Shown: piece after piece, positions 1 through 10,727 of the stretch
Layout: each line of letters begins with the position of its first letter
Position numbering within the stretch: the first letter of the stretch is position 1
Origin: a virus
Taxonomy: Duplodnaviria > Caudoviricetes
Reading direction: 5' to 3' (one strand)
IMG/VR virus record: IMGVR_UViG_3300027892_004026
Coordinates: 1,869-65,868 of that record
DNA length: 64,000 bases
Notes under the pieces: model-generated
Told to the model about the DNA's origin: nothing
Database searches by the model: none
The model's input: only the letters and a program-made list of their open reading frames with translations
Made by a program: the position numbers and the translations under genes

Positions 1-1
1 G

Positions 2-544
2 TCTCATTTTTATTTAGGTTGTGGAAATCCACACAGAGAAAAAGATAATAACTATTTCAAAGGGACTATAAGTTCTTTCGCAGTTTACAATGATATATTG
101 GAGGAAGATGAAATTGAAGAACTATCCAAAAATCAATTTTTTGGACTAACTCAAAACTTCGGAAATTATAGGTCAGATTATAAATTAATTTTAAACTACG
201 ATGCTAAATTTATCAAAGGCTACCAACTAATAGATTTAAGTGAAAAAGGTAATAATGGATGGATTTATAATTGTGAAATTATTGGATATACGTTTGACGA
301 TTATAAAGAAATAAAAATACCTCACCGTAGAGAATCAACATTTAAGTTATTACCACATGAAGAGAATGGATATGAAAACGGAGGGTGGAAAAATCAAACA
401 ACTAGATATAATCAACTTAGATTTCATAATGAAGTTTTGATTAATAGTAATCAAATCAAAAGTAATGGCCTTTCGACTTGTAAATTTAGAGAATTCGGTA
501 AGGAAACTGTCGATAATATTATACACATTAACGTAGGAATATGA
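2..544 (+). CDS. 5'-truncated GT7-like glycosyltransferase (end of LamG insert plus GT7 C-terminal part)
   Basis: The frame is open from base 2 (SHFYLGCGNPH...FKGTISSFAVYNDILEEDEI, LamG-like). The C-terminus HRRESTFKLLPHEENG...TTRYNQLRF is paralogous to YRRECSFDCIYHEDEG...TTARNEKRF of the next gene. Confidence 0.7.
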   Translation, partial: SHFYLGCGNPHREKDNNYFKGTISSFAVYNDILEEDEIEELSKNQFFGLTQNFGNYRSDYKLILNYDAKFIKGYQLIDLSEKGNNGWIYNCEIIGYTFDDYKEIKIPHRRESTFKLLPHEENGYENGGWKNQTTRYNQLRFHNEVLINSNQIKSNGLSTCKFREFGKETVDNIIHINVGI

Positions 545-1965
545 AACCAAAATTAGGAATCTGTATCCCATACAGAAATCGAAAAGAACATATCGAGGAA
601 TTAATACCTCGATTAACAGAACACCTGAATAAAATGGGCATCTCCCATAAGTTTTATGTGGGACACCAAGTTGATGATAAGTTGTTCAACAGAGGAGCAA
701 TGAAAAATATCGCAGCATATCATGCCTTTGAAGATGGTTGTGATTACATTGCTTGGCACGACGTTGATATGGTACCTCATGATGATAATTGTGACTACTC
801 TTATCCAGGTAATAATCCTGTCCACATTGCAACCAAATTATCAAAATACGAATATAAACTTGGATACGAACAATATTTTGGTGGAGTAATTCTATTCACC
901 AAAGACCAAGTTGAAAAAACAAACGGATATTCAAATGACTATTGGGATTGGGGACAAGAAGACGATGATTTGTTTTGGAGGGCGTACTATGAAAGATTAA
1001 CAACATATAAAATCTTCAAAAAATCTGAAAACAGAAGAGTTGCGGAATTTAATGGTAATGATTCATTTTTAGCATTAAGGACAAATCGAGAAATTAGTTC
1101 TTGTTTACACCAAGACCACACCATATCAATATTATTCAATGCTAATCAACAACCCGAAAAAGTACCAATTTGGTTAGTTGGAGATGAAGAAAAAAAGTTT
1201 ATTGAATATCCATTGATTAGAAAAGATGGAAGCCACAATTGGGGTATTTCTTTTAATAACTCAAGAGCCGTCACTTCAATAGTTTATGATAGGGACGATA
1301 AACATCATTATAATTACGCAAAAAGATTTGAGAATGAATGGACATGGGTGACTGTGACATATGATTCAGAAAATGGGGATTCATACTTTTACATCAATGA
1401 TGAATTAAATTACAACGTAAATGGAGTTAAAGAATCAATACCATTACACATTGATAAAAAATTAAAGACTCATGATGCGGTCAAAGCAATACTACTTGGA
1501 GTATGTACTCTCACTGGTGTTTTCTTAAAAGGTAAGATTGCTGAAGTCAAAATTTACAATAAGTTTTTTAAAGATGTAAATTCGATTTTTGAAGATAATA
1601 ATGATTTAGTGCTTCATTATAATTTTAATGTCTCGGATAAAGATTTAGTGAATGATTGTGAATTATACAATAATAATACTATCTTTATAAATGAAGATAT
1701 TGAAGTAAAAGATTTAGTTTTACCTTATCGGAGAGAATGTTCTTTTGATTGTATATACCATGAAGATGAAGGATTTGTAAATGGAAAATGGGCAAAAGGT
1801 GAGACAACGGCAAGAAATGAGAAAAGATTTGTTACAGAAATGCAACAAAATAAAATCAATTACAAAGAAGAGGGTTATAATAAAATATTGGATGTAACTG
1901 AGTTAGTAGATATTGATGAAACATTATATCCAAACACAAGGTTTATAAACGTAAAAATGAAGTAA
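541..1965 (+). CDS. GT7 (beta-1,4-galactosyltransferase-like) glycosyltransferase with internal LamG/ConA-like domain
   Basis: GT7 motifs IPYRNR, LFNRGAMKN, WHDVD, YFGGV and WDWGQEDDD. A ~200 aa LamG-like segment (WTWVTVTYD...FYIN...GKIAEVKIYN) precedes the GT7 C-terminal H...RNEKRF part. Confidence 0.8.
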   Translation: MKPKLGICIPYRNRKEHIEELIPRLTEHLNKMGISHKFYVGHQVDDKLFNRGAMKNIAAYHAFEDGCDYIAWHDVDMVPHDDNCDYSYPGNNPVHIATKLSKYEYKLGYEQYFGGVILFTKDQVEKTNGYSNDYWDWGQEDDDLFWRAYYERLTTYKIFKKSENRRVAEFNGNDSFLALRTNREISSCLHQDHTISILFNANQQPEKVPIWLVGDEEKKFIEYPLIRKDGSHNWGISFNNSRAVTSIVYDRDDKHHYNYAKRFENEWTWVTVTYDSENGDSYFYINDELNYNVNGVKESIPLHIDKKLKTHDAVKAILLGVCTLTGVFLKGKIAEVKIYNKFFKDVNSIFEDNNDLVLHYNFNVSDKDLVNDCELYNNNTIFINEDIEVKDLVLPYRRECSFDCIYHEDEGFVNGKWAKGETTARNEKRFVTEMQQNKINYKEEGYNKILDVTELVDIDETLYPNTRFINVKMK

Positions 1966-4061
1966 TGAAAGTAGAGTACGAAAAACCATGGTTTGTAAAA
2001 CCAAAATTAGGTGAAGACCAAACTAATATTATTATGAATCCATCATATACTATTAGTTTATCTTTTAGTGTTGGTCAAAATTATAAAAGAGATAATAAAA
2101 TAGGATTTTTTGGGGTTCCTGGTAAAAACTTTGGTATAAGTTATGATTATATAAAAAAATTATTTGTTTTTGAATTTTGGACTAAAGACCCGAAAGGAAA
2201 ACCTGTTTTTAATTGTTATACCTATGAGTCAATTACTGAAAAAATGTATGATAAAAAAACTAATATAACACTAACTTATAATGGATCTGAATACAAAATA
2301 TTTTTCGATTTTAAATTATTGGATATAATAGAGTCTAATTCTGTATTAATTGATGATTATGTTAATGAACCAATTTACATTGGTTGTCACAATATTGATA
2401 GTATAAATCAGTCACATAGAAATTTGACTGAAATGGATGTATTTCATTTTTCAACATTCAAAACACCTTTACCGATTAACGAAGTTAAAATGTTTGTTAA
2501 CAAAACAAACCGGAACTTAAATAAGTTTAGTGATAATCTTTTGTGTGTTTTTGATTTCGAATCTCAAAATGGAGATGAATTTATTATTTTGGACGAGTAT
2601 AAAGACAAATATTTTTTAAAGAAGAAAAATAAAAATTCTACTGTAGGATTTGAAATTGCTAAAAAGAAGTTGGACAACGTTGGGTGTGGATTCTGTTTGG
2701 CGAAATGGACTCAAGTTACTATGCATTTGCACAACGGAACTACCCATTCTTGTCACCACCCTGAACCACATAAGGTTAGTTTAGAAGAACTTTCACGTAA
2801 TCCAACTGCGTTACATAATAGTAAAGTTAAAAAAATGGCACGCAAAGAAATGTTAGAGAATAAACGTCCCTCGGAATGTTCTTATTGTTGGAATGTAGAA
2901 GATAAATCAACTTCATTTTCTGATAGAGTATTTAAGTCTTCCGAACCTTGGTCAGAACCTTTCTTTGATGAAATTTCCAAATCCGATTGGAGAGATAACT
3001 ATAATCCGAAATATGTTGAGGTTAGTTTTTCAAACACTTGTAATTTCAAATGTGCATATTGCGGGCCTGAATACTCATCAAAGTGGATGGAAGAAATAAA
3101 CGATCACGGACCATACAAACTTTCATTCGATTATAATGGGACACAACGTATGGAAGAACGTAACACTAAACCATATAAACATTCTGAAGATAACCCATAC
3201 GTCAACAGTTTTTGGGAATGGTTTCCAGAACTTTATAAAAGTATGGATACGTTCAGAATTACTGGAGGAGAACCTTTATTATCAAAAGATACTTGGAAAG
3301 TTTTAGATTTTATTTTACAAACAGATGAACCGAATAGAAATCTTAAATTATCAATAAACAGTAATTTAGGGGTTCCTGATAATTTGATAGATAGATTAAT
3401 AGAAAAAATAGACAATATAATCAAAAATAATTTAGTTAAAGAAATTATTATATTCACATCTTGTGATGGGTATGGGATTCAATCTGAATATACTAGATAT
3501 GGAATGAATTTTGAAAAATTATTTAATAATATAGATAAGGTATTATCTGCATTACCAAAGGTTACTATAGTTGTAATGTCAACGTTTAATATTTTTAGTG
3601 TTTTTTCATATGAGTCGTTAATTAGAAAAGTACACGAATTAAAAATTAAACATTTCAATCCTCATAGATATTGGAGTTCTTCAATTATATTAGATACATC
3701 TTATTTAAGACAACCTTCTTTTATGAGTTTTAGGTTACTTAAAGGATATATCAGTGAGGATTTCTTTGATAGGTGGATAAAATATATGAAGTTCAATTCT
3801 ACTTACAGAAGTTTGAATTTTCTTCAAATGCAAACTGTTGAAGATGTTGGATTCTCTACTCAAGAAATAGAAAAAGTTTCACGGTTAAGAGATATTTTTG
3901 TGTCAGATAAAAATTCAGATGATTCCTCATTATTGCAACATAAGATTGACCTTAATACTTTTGTGAAACAATATGAATCACGAAGGGGATTAAAAGTGTT
4001 AGATATTTACCCTGAAATGGAATCCTTTTTTAAAAAAATTGATAATGAAAATACGATATAA
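1965..4061 (+). CDS. LamG-like domain fused to N-terminal-Twitch radical SAM protein
   Basis: Twitch-type Cys motifs (CGFCLAKW...HSCHHP...CSYCW), radical SAM motif CNFKCAYC and TGGEP. The N-terminal ~220 aa are homologous to the next gene. Confidence 0.85.
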   Translation: MKVEYEKPWFVKPKLGEDQTNIIMNPSYTISLSFSVGQNYKRDNKIGFFGVPGKNFGISYDYIKKLFVFEFWTKDPKGKPVFNCYTYESITEKMYDKKTNITLTYNGSEYKIFFDFKLLDIIESNSVLIDDYVNEPIYIGCHNIDSINQSHRNLTEMDVFHFSTFKTPLPINEVKMFVNKTNRNLNKFSDNLLCVFDFESQNGDEFIILDEYKDKYFLKKKNKNSTVGFEIAKKKLDNVGCGFCLAKWTQVTMHLHNGTTHSCHHPEPHKVSLEELSRNPTALHNSKVKKMARKEMLENKRPSECSYCWNVEDKSTSFSDRVFKSSEPWSEPFFDEISKSDWRDNYNPKYVEVSFSNTCNFKCAYCGPEYSSKWMEEINDHGPYKLSFDYNGTQRMEERNTKPYKHSEDNPYVNSFWEWFPELYKSMDTFRITGGEPLLSKDTWKVLDFILQTDEPNRNLKLSINSNLGVPDNLIDRLIEKIDNIIKNNLVKEIIIFTSCDGYGIQSEYTRYGMNFEKLFNNIDKVLSALPKVTIVVMSTFNIFSVFSYESLIRKVHELKIKHFNPHRYWSSSIILDTSYLRQPSFMSFRLLKGYISEDFFDRWIKYMKFNSTYRSLNFLQMQTVEDVGFSTQEIEKVSRLRDIFVSDKNSDDSSLLQHKIDLNTFVKQYESRRGLKVLDIYPEMESFFKKIDNENTI

Positions 4062-4782
4062 ACAACCATATTGGATTAAATTTAGATGGGACATTAGTGA
4101 AAACCCTGATGACCAATACGTCACGCAGTTTAACAAAAGTAATAATGATGAGTTTATAAACTTTTTGCATAATAACTCTTTTGTTATTAGTACTACTTTT
4201 AAAATAGGAAAAACATTTGAAAGAGATGATATATCCATGATATATGGTAAGCCTGGAAAGCCAATTGGACTTTCATACAATACTGAGACTCAAACCGTAG
4301 CGTTTGAATATTGGGTTACTAACTATGGAGAGGATGAATTTAGGTATTTTCATATGAAAGGTGTTGATGGACATGATATTGAAAATGGGGTGACAATTAC
4401 AATTGTAAGAGATGAAAACATATTAATTGCTTACAAAAATTTTGAAGAAATTAATAGAATGGAAATTGAAGGGGAGTTCATTGAAGATTATAAAATACCT
4501 GAACTATTTTTAGGATGCGCTAGTCCACAGTCCCAAGAAAAAAAACATAGGTATCATTGTGAGGTGGATTATGAGTTCTTTTCAATTTTGAAAAACGAAA
4601 CTGATATTGAAAAAATTAAAGAACTCCACGAATCCAAAAATGAAAAATTAGTAAGTAAGGAGTACTATGATAATATTCTTTGTTTATATGATTTTCAAAC
4701 AATTAACAATATTGGAATTATCTATGATGAGTCCAAAAACACAAATTTCTTGGAAAGAGTACCAAGTGAATTTGTTTTATAA
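4045..4782 (+). CDS. Stand-alone LamG/ConA-like domain protein
   Basis: MKIRYKQPY / GKPIGLSYN / AFEYW / LFLGC / LCLYDF align with MKVEYEKPW / GKNFGISYD / VFEFW / IYIGC / LCVFDF of the previous gene. I prefer ATG 4045 to TTG 4039. Confidence 0.65.
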   Translation: MKIRYKQPYWIKFRWDISENPDDQYVTQFNKSNNDEFINFLHNNSFVISTTFKIGKTFERDDISMIYGKPGKPIGLSYNTETQTVAFEYWVTNYGEDEFRYFHMKGVDGHDIENGVTITIVRDENILIAYKNFEEINRMEIEGEFIEDYKIPELFLGCASPQSQEKKHRYHCEVDYEFFSILKNETDIEKIKELHESKNEKLVSKEYYDNILCLYDFQTINNIGIIYDESKNTNFLERVPSEFVL

Positions 4783-4817
4783 TTAATAAAAATAAGTTAT
4801 ATTTAAAAAAAAAAGAA

Positions 4818-6266
4818 ATGTCAGAGCAATTAGCAAATTGGAGAGATAAAAATTTAAATTCTATTAGTTGTAGTTTTTGTGCTGCAAAGTGGTACAACGT
4901 AAGTTTACACTTAGGTCATGGATTTACAAATTCTTGTCATCTTCCACTACCACACCCAATTGATTTGGAAAAAATTAAAACCAATCCATCGGCATTACAT
5001 AATACTGATTTCAAAAAAGAAATTAGAAAAATGATGTTGGAGGGTACCAAACCTGCGGAATGTTCATACTGTTGGAAGATTGAGGATATTGGTAGAAATA
5101 ATATTTCTGACCGTGTATACAAAAGCCAAATCTACACTGAAGAGGAAATCGAAGAGCTTAAACATCTTCCTTGGGATGCGGATATTACACCAAAGACAAT
5201 CGAAGTTAGTTTTGACCGTACTTGTAATTTCGCATGTTCATACTGTAACTCAGGTTATTCAACAACTTGGGGAAAAGACATTAAGAAGAATGGAGCTTAT
5301 CAGAAGTTTAAGACTACAAGTGCAGGAGCATATTACGCTGACGGATCTTGGTCTGAAATATATGGTAAACATAATGAAAATAATCCATATGTTACCGCAT
5401 TTTTAGAGTGGTGGCCTGATATAACAAAAACATTACAAGAAATTAGAGTCACTGGAGGAGAACCTATGTTGAGCCATAATTTTTGGGAATTTATGAAGGA
5501 AGTTAAAAAGTATCCATCACCAAATTTGAGAGTTGCTGTTAATTCTAATTTAGGTGTAAATCAAGAACTTATTGATAAGTTAATTAATGTAACTCAGGAA
5601 ATTGATGTCAAAGAGTTTGATATATACACTAGTTGTGAGGCTTATGGAGAGCAAGCAGAATATATAAGAGATGGTTTGAATTACGAAGTTTGGAGAAAAA
5701 ACTTGGTTCATGTTATTGAAAATGCAAATATTAGACAAGTCGTCATAATGATGACGATTAATAGTTTATGTTTATTTAGTATTACTGAGTTTTTAGATGA
5801 TATGTTAATATTAAAGTCTAAGTATGGGAGTCACAAACCTATTGTTGACTTTAACATTCTTAGATGGCCGGCATTTATGTCTCCATTAACTTTACCTGAT
5901 GACATCAAACACGACTTACATGGTAAATTATCGATGTGGTGGAGAAAAAATAAAAAAAATCCATTGATTAATATGCATGAAGGTGCCCAAATTCAACGTC
6001 TGATTGATTATATTGAGGTTGTAAACCGAGGACATAATACAACTGAAATGGACATGCAAATGCAATTCCATGACTTCAAAAGTTTTTATACTCAATATGA
6101 TAAACGAAGAAAGAAAAGTTTTGTTAAAACTTTTCCTGAGTTAGAAGATTGGTATAATTCCCTTGTTGTTGATGAAACAATACCTAATGTAAAAGTAACT
6201 GATGGTCGAATCACGCATTATGAACCAGGTGTATATATTTCAGATAAAGAAAATTATAATAAATAA
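4818..6266 (+). CDS. N-terminal-Twitch radical SAM protein
   Basis: CSFCAAKW...NSCHLP...CSYCW, CNFACSYC and TGGEP. Paralog of the C-terminal part of 1965..4061. Confidence 0.85.
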   Translation: MSEQLANWRDKNLNSISCSFCAAKWYNVSLHLGHGFTNSCHLPLPHPIDLEKIKTNPSALHNTDFKKEIRKMMLEGTKPAECSYCWKIEDIGRNNISDRVYKSQIYTEEEIEELKHLPWDADITPKTIEVSFDRTCNFACSYCNSGYSTTWGKDIKKNGAYQKFKTTSAGAYYADGSWSEIYGKHNENNPYVTAFLEWWPDITKTLQEIRVTGGEPMLSHNFWEFMKEVKKYPSPNLRVAVNSNLGVNQELIDKLINVTQEIDVKEFDIYTSCEAYGEQAEYIRDGLNYEVWRKNLVHVIENANIRQVVIMMTINSLCLFSITEFLDDMLILKSKYGSHKPIVDFNILRWPAFMSPLTLPDDIKHDLHGKLSMWWRKNKKNPLINMHEGAQIQRLIDYIEVVNRGHNTTEMDMQMQFHDFKSFYTQYDKRRKKSFVKTFPELEDWYNSLVVDETIPNVKVTDGRITHYEPGVYISDKENYNK

Positions 6267-6274
6267 ATAATTAG

Positions 6275-7315
6275 GTGGCAGAATACGAAAAAACATTACG
6301 ATGGTTAGAACCGTTTGGGGGGTGGAGACAATCTACAGATGATACTGGCCTTTGTAATAGAATATTTCATTGGGAAGTTGCCTATGAAATTAATAAAAAA
6401 AACGATTTTAAGTATAATATCCTAATAGAAGAAAAATATTGGCCAGAAACTAAATTATTATATTTACCGGAAACAAAAACAATTTCGAATATTGAGGGAG
6501 ACGAATATGAAGTCGAAAGGTTGAAATTTATCGCTGTTTATGATATAAAAAATAAAAAGATAAATACTGCAAAACCAATAAATCATGATGAGATAGAAAA
6601 AATGTTTAGAGATAATAATTTAACTCTTGAAGATAAACATTATTATAGTGATTTTGGATATAATGAACTATTACATTTATATTCAGAGGAAAATTTCAAC
6701 AATATTGATAGACCGTTATCGAAGATAAAATTAAGGCAGAAGAATATAGAGGATGGTATTATTAATGAAATGAAAAATGTTGTTGGTGTCCACATAAGAA
6801 GAGGTAATGGTGTATCATGTACTACAGATGACTTAAATAGTCTTCCCAAAAATAAAATAAATGATTTTAAGTTAGTCAAAAGAACAAAGTACAATCAAGA
6901 ACATTCATCATACTTATTTTATAGAGATGATTTATATTTTAACATTATTGATAATATGTTAAAAATAAATCCCCATCAAAAATTTTATCTCAGCACGGAT
7001 TTATCGGACGATATTATGGATTATTTTTATACTAAATATAAAAATAATTTAGTAGATAGAACTTTCATTTATAATATTGTTTATGATTTTATGTTAAATT
7101 CAGGATTTAAAAAAAGAGATTTTGTTTATGGTAATGTCGTTGAAAATGTAGTAGATTTATTTTCTTTATCATACTGTCCTTTTTTGGTGAAAGTTCCAAT
7201 ATCAATTTGGTCAATATTTGCTGAAAATTATACAAAAAAGGAAAGTGTATTTGTTACTGATGATTGGGAAAATGTAATCATGGAAAAATACCTTAAAACT
7301 TTTAAAATATCATAG
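6275..7315 (+). CDS. GT11/GT23-like fucosyl- or colitosyltransferase
   Basis: GLCNRIFHW (cf. GLGNQMFQY), VGVHIRRG, FYLSTD and DLFSLSYC...SIWS. GTG start. Confidence 0.65.
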   Translation: MAEYEKTLRWLEPFGGWRQSTDDTGLCNRIFHWEVAYEINKKNDFKYNILIEEKYWPETKLLYLPETKTISNIEGDEYEVERLKFIAVYDIKNKKINTAKPINHDEIEKMFRDNNLTLEDKHYYSDFGYNELLHLYSEENFNNIDRPLSKIKLRQKNIEDGIINEMKNVVGVHIRRGNGVSCTTDDLNSLPKNKINDFKLVKRTKYNQEHSSYLFYRDDLYFNIIDNMLKINPHQKFYLSTDLSDDIMDYFYTKYKNNLVDRTFIYNIVYDFMLNSGFKKRDFVYGNVVENVVDLFSLSYCPFLVKVPISIWSIFAENYTKKESVFVTDDWENVIMEKYLKTFKIS

Positions 7316-7316
7316 A

Positions 7317-8003
7317 ATGTACAAAGAATGGCCACTAGGTCAATTACCCGAAGATCTAAAGAGACCTGAATTACAACAACTGAAAAATATGGGTTATTTT
7401 TGGGATAACCCAAATGAAATAATTGAAATTTTTGAATCTAAGATTGCAGATTTTTGTGGGTCTAAATATGCAGTTGCGGTTGATTGCTGTAGTAATGCTA
7501 TTTTTTTAATTTTGAAATACATAAATAAACCACAAAAATTACAAATACCTTATTTTACATATGCTTCAGTACCAATGCAAATTTTACACGCAGGTTATGA
7601 ATTTGAATTTATTGAAAAAGAGTGGTCAGGTGTTTATAAATTAGACCCACTTGAGGTTTGGGATGGAGCCGGTAGGTGGACAAAGGGTATGTACCAAGGA
7701 GGTTTTCAAGCGTTATCATTCCAAATGAAAAAAAGACTTCCAATCGGAAGAGGTGGATCAATTTTATGTGACGATTACGAGGCTTATAAATGGTTCAAAA
7801 GAGCATGTTATGATGGTCGTAATTTAGAAAAAAACTATATGGACGATGATATTGAATTTTGTGGTTGGCATATGTATATGACTCCAGAGGACGCCGCAAG
7901 AGGGTTAATCCTAATGAATAAAATATCTGAAATTAATGATGATTCCCACAGTCATAAAAGTTATAAAGATTTAAGATCGAATACTGTTTTTATAAATGAA
8001 TAA
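7317..8003 (+). CDS. Short DegT/DnrJ/EryC1/StrS-family PLP aminotransferase
   Basis: FESKIADFCGSKYAVAV, WDGA (PLP Asp), SFQMKKRLPIGRGG (Schiff-base Lys), GWHMYM. Only 228 aa. Confidence 0.8.
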   Translation: MYKEWPLGQLPEDLKRPELQQLKNMGYFWDNPNEIIEIFESKIADFCGSKYAVAVDCCSNAIFLILKYINKPQKLQIPYFTYASVPMQILHAGYEFEFIEKEWSGVYKLDPLEVWDGAGRWTKGMYQGGFQALSFQMKKRLPIGRGGSILCDDYEAYKWFKRACYDGRNLEKNYMDDDIEFCGWHMYMTPEDAARGLILMNKISEINDDSHSHKSYKDLRSNTVFINE

Positions 8004-9915
8004 TTTACTATTGGTACAGGTCGTTGATAAGTACGGGCCTAATAGTTTTTTGCCACTTGCTATCAGTTATCAATGGATGTACGCGCAGACAAGTGAAATA
8101 GTAAAAAACAATTTCATGGTTTCGGATGTAATCATTGAAAAAAAAACTCCAAAAAAATACGTTGAAAGTATAGATTTTGAACCACATGTTGTTGCCCTTA
8201 GTAGCTATGTTTGGAATTGGAATTACAATCGAGAACTATCAAAAGAAATAAAGAAAAAATATCCTAATTGTTTAATTATAACAGGAGGACCAAACGTCGA
8301 TAAAAGAGACGTGGATTTCTTTAAGAAAAATGAAATGTTTGATATTGCGGTTCTTGGTGAGGGTGAAATCGCATTTAAAGAAATCTTAGAAAGATATCTA
8401 AAAAATGAAAATTATGATAATATACCACATGTGTTTCCAAAAAGTGGAAAATTATGTGAGCAGCCATCAAGATTAAATAATTTAGAAATAATACCAAGTC
8501 CAATACTTTCTGGATTTTATGATTGGATTATTGAAAAAGTAGAAAAAGAAATTGGACCTCAAATATGGCAGGTGACATATGAAACACTAAGAGGGTGTCC
8601 ATATAAATGTGCTTTCTGTGATATTGGTGACGAATATTGGCAAAAAATTAAAACATTTGATTTAGAGAGAGTGTATAACGAAATAGATTGGATGTCCGAT
8701 AAAAAAATTGAATATGTCAGTGTTTGTGATTCAAATTGGGGAATGATGGAAAGAGACAAAGACATTACGAGATATGTTATTCAAAAAAAGTTAGAGACTG
8801 AATATCCTAAATTTTGGGATGTAACGTGGGCTAAATCAAATGTTGAACAAATATATGAAATTGCCACTATGGATAATGATGCTAAAAGTAGACTTTTTAA
8901 GGGAATTACATTTGCAATGCAAAGTTTCAACACTGACACATTATTAGCAACGAATAGATTTAATTTAAAACAAGATAAAGTATACTCTTATCTACAAAAA
9001 TATAGAGAACAAAATATTTCTACATACAGTGAATTGATTTGGCCAATGCCGAACGAAACCTATGATACATTAAAAATAGGAATTCAAAAATTAATTGATT
9101 TAGGACAAAAAGATTTTTTAATGGTTCATCCATTAGTGTTAACATACAATGCCACGATGGGTCAACCATGGTATATGGAAAAACATGGTTTAAAATATGA
9201 AACGGTTCCTTTAGATACGTTTTATTTAAGCGTTGAGGATTTGGAAAACTACATTGTAGAACATACTTGGGGGGTAAAAGCAACTAGTACTGCAAGTGAA
9301 GAGGATGTTTTTAAAGGACACTCATTTTCACATTTAATAATTGTTTTATATTATTACGGGTGGGGGCATTATCTCTTAGAATATCTTTTTAACAAATATG
9401 GATATAAACATATTGATGTTATTGAAAAAATGTTATTGTATTTTACTAATACTCCTGAAACTTTAATAGGTTCTGAAATAAAAAAAACAGATGAATCTTT
9501 GAAATCTGTATTCTACAATAATGGGTTTTGGGGTAGACAAGTATTAGGAGAGAATGATATATTTTGGGAGTACAAAAGTGCCACTAGTATTGTTTTCCAT
9601 CAAAACAGGGAAACCTTACGTCAAGAATTTTTAAAATTTATTAATGATGAGTTTAATATGGATTTAGACGACGTAATTCAATTAAACATGGACATGTGTT
9701 TTGATTATAGAATTTCATATCCCATGGTCAAAAAGTACTCAAAAGATACTTTAAAGTATTGTTTAAATTTAGAAGAAAATTTATTATATTTAAATCATTA
9801 TGATAGTGGGATAAATTTTGATGAAAAAACTTTTTATCATACATCATATCATTATCAAAGAAAAAATAGATATTGGAGATGTCAGTTTTCAGAATTACAA
9901 ATGAAACCCCTATAA
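7996..9915 (+). CDS. Cobalamin-binding (class B) radical SAM protein
   Basis: B12-domain motifs ALSSYVWN, ITGGP and GEGE, followed by ETLRGCPYKCAFC. Confidence 0.85.
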   Translation: MNNLLLVQVVDKYGPNSFLPLAISYQWMYAQTSEIVKNNFMVSDVIIEKKTPKKYVESIDFEPHVVALSSYVWNWNYNRELSKEIKKKYPNCLIITGGPNVDKRDVDFFKKNEMFDIAVLGEGEIAFKEILERYLKNENYDNIPHVFPKSGKLCEQPSRLNNLEIIPSPILSGFYDWIIEKVEKEIGPQIWQVTYETLRGCPYKCAFCDIGDEYWQKIKTFDLERVYNEIDWMSDKKIEYVSVCDSNWGMMERDKDITRYVIQKKLETEYPKFWDVTWAKSNVEQIYEIATMDNDAKSRLFKGITFAMQSFNTDTLLATNRFNLKQDKVYSYLQKYREQNISTYSELIWPMPNETYDTLKIGIQKLIDLGQKDFLMVHPLVLTYNATMGQPWYMEKHGLKYETVPLDTFYLSVEDLENYIVEHTWGVKATSTASEEDVFKGHSFSHLIIVLYYYGWGHYLLEYLFNKYGYKHIDVIEKMLLYFTNTPETLIGSEIKKTDESLKSVFYNNGFWGRQVLGENDIFWEYKSATSIVFHQNRETLRQEFLKFINDEFNMDLDDVIQLNMDMCFDYRISYPMVKKYSKDTLKYCLNLEENLLYLNHYDSGINFDEKTFYHTSYHYQRKNRYWRCQFSELQMKPL

Positions 9916-10727
9916 TAAAAAATTTTGGTTTATCTAACCAAAAAATGTACTTTAATTCAACAGATTACGAAGATCTTTATCTAAAGAACAAAAACGAAAA
10001 AGGGCCTGATTGGTATTATTATGACAATGAAATTGAATATAAATTCAATTCATGGGGATATAGGACAAAAGAATTTGATGACTTAGACAAAGATTATTTA
10101 TTAACATTTGGGTGTTCATATACAGAAGGTATTGGGTTACATTATGATGATATGTGGTCTACTAAGTTGTCTAAGACTTTAAATATAGATTTGTTTAATT
10201 TAGGGGCAGGAGGAACAAGTCCCGATTTTCAAATGTATAATACAATTTTATTTTTCAACCATGTTTTAAAATTAAATAAACTGCCAAGGTTAGTGGTGTA
10301 TCAATGGCCTGAAATACACAGAATAGTATACGCATTTAAAACAGATAAACATAATGAAATAGAGTTTCAACCATTCACAGGTGCTATACCTGAAGAGTGG
10401 TACCCACAAAATTCATTAGAATATGGTAAATGGTATCATCATAGTTACTTAGAAAATCGGGGTGAATTAATAAAAAATACTAATTTTTGTCCAATGACCG
10501 TAGATGCTCTTTGGAAATCCGCAGGGGTCAAAGTTTTACATTGGACTTATTCCACTGATTTTAAAATGATACATAAAGAATCTTTTATTTCTAATAATGT
10601 TGATTTAATAAATATTATTGATGATAGTCAAGGTAAAGCCAGAGATTGTTCTCACAATGGTAAAGAGTCTCAAGATATAGTAATAAAATATTTACTAAAA
10701 AAATTAAATTTTAATGGTATCGGTTAA
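9873..10727 (+). CDS. SGNH/GDSL-like protein
   Basis: YKFNSWGYR leader, FGCSYT (block I), NLGAGG and DCSH (block V). The start codon is uncertain. Confidence 0.6.
   Translation: MEMSVFRITNETPIIKNFGLSNQKMYFNSTDYEDLYLKNKNEKGPDWYYYDNEIEYKFNSWGYRTKEFDDLDKDYLLTFGCSYTEGIGLHYDDMWSTKLSKTLNIDLFNLGAGGTSPDFQMYNTILFFNHVLKLNKLPRLVVYQWPEIHRIVYAFKTDKHNEIEFQPFTGAIPEEWYPQNSLEYGKWYHHSYLENRGELIKNTNFCPMTVDALWKSAGVKVLHWTYSTDFKMIHKESFISNNVDLINIIDDSQGKARDCSHNGKESQDIVIKYLLKKLNFNGIG

Noticed and set aside
4783-4817. Sequencing error or programmed frameshift splitting the LamG and radical SAM genes (poly-A run)
   Set aside because: The LamG ORF ends where the fused paralog's domain ends, several stop codons follow, and the radical SAM has its own A-rich start.
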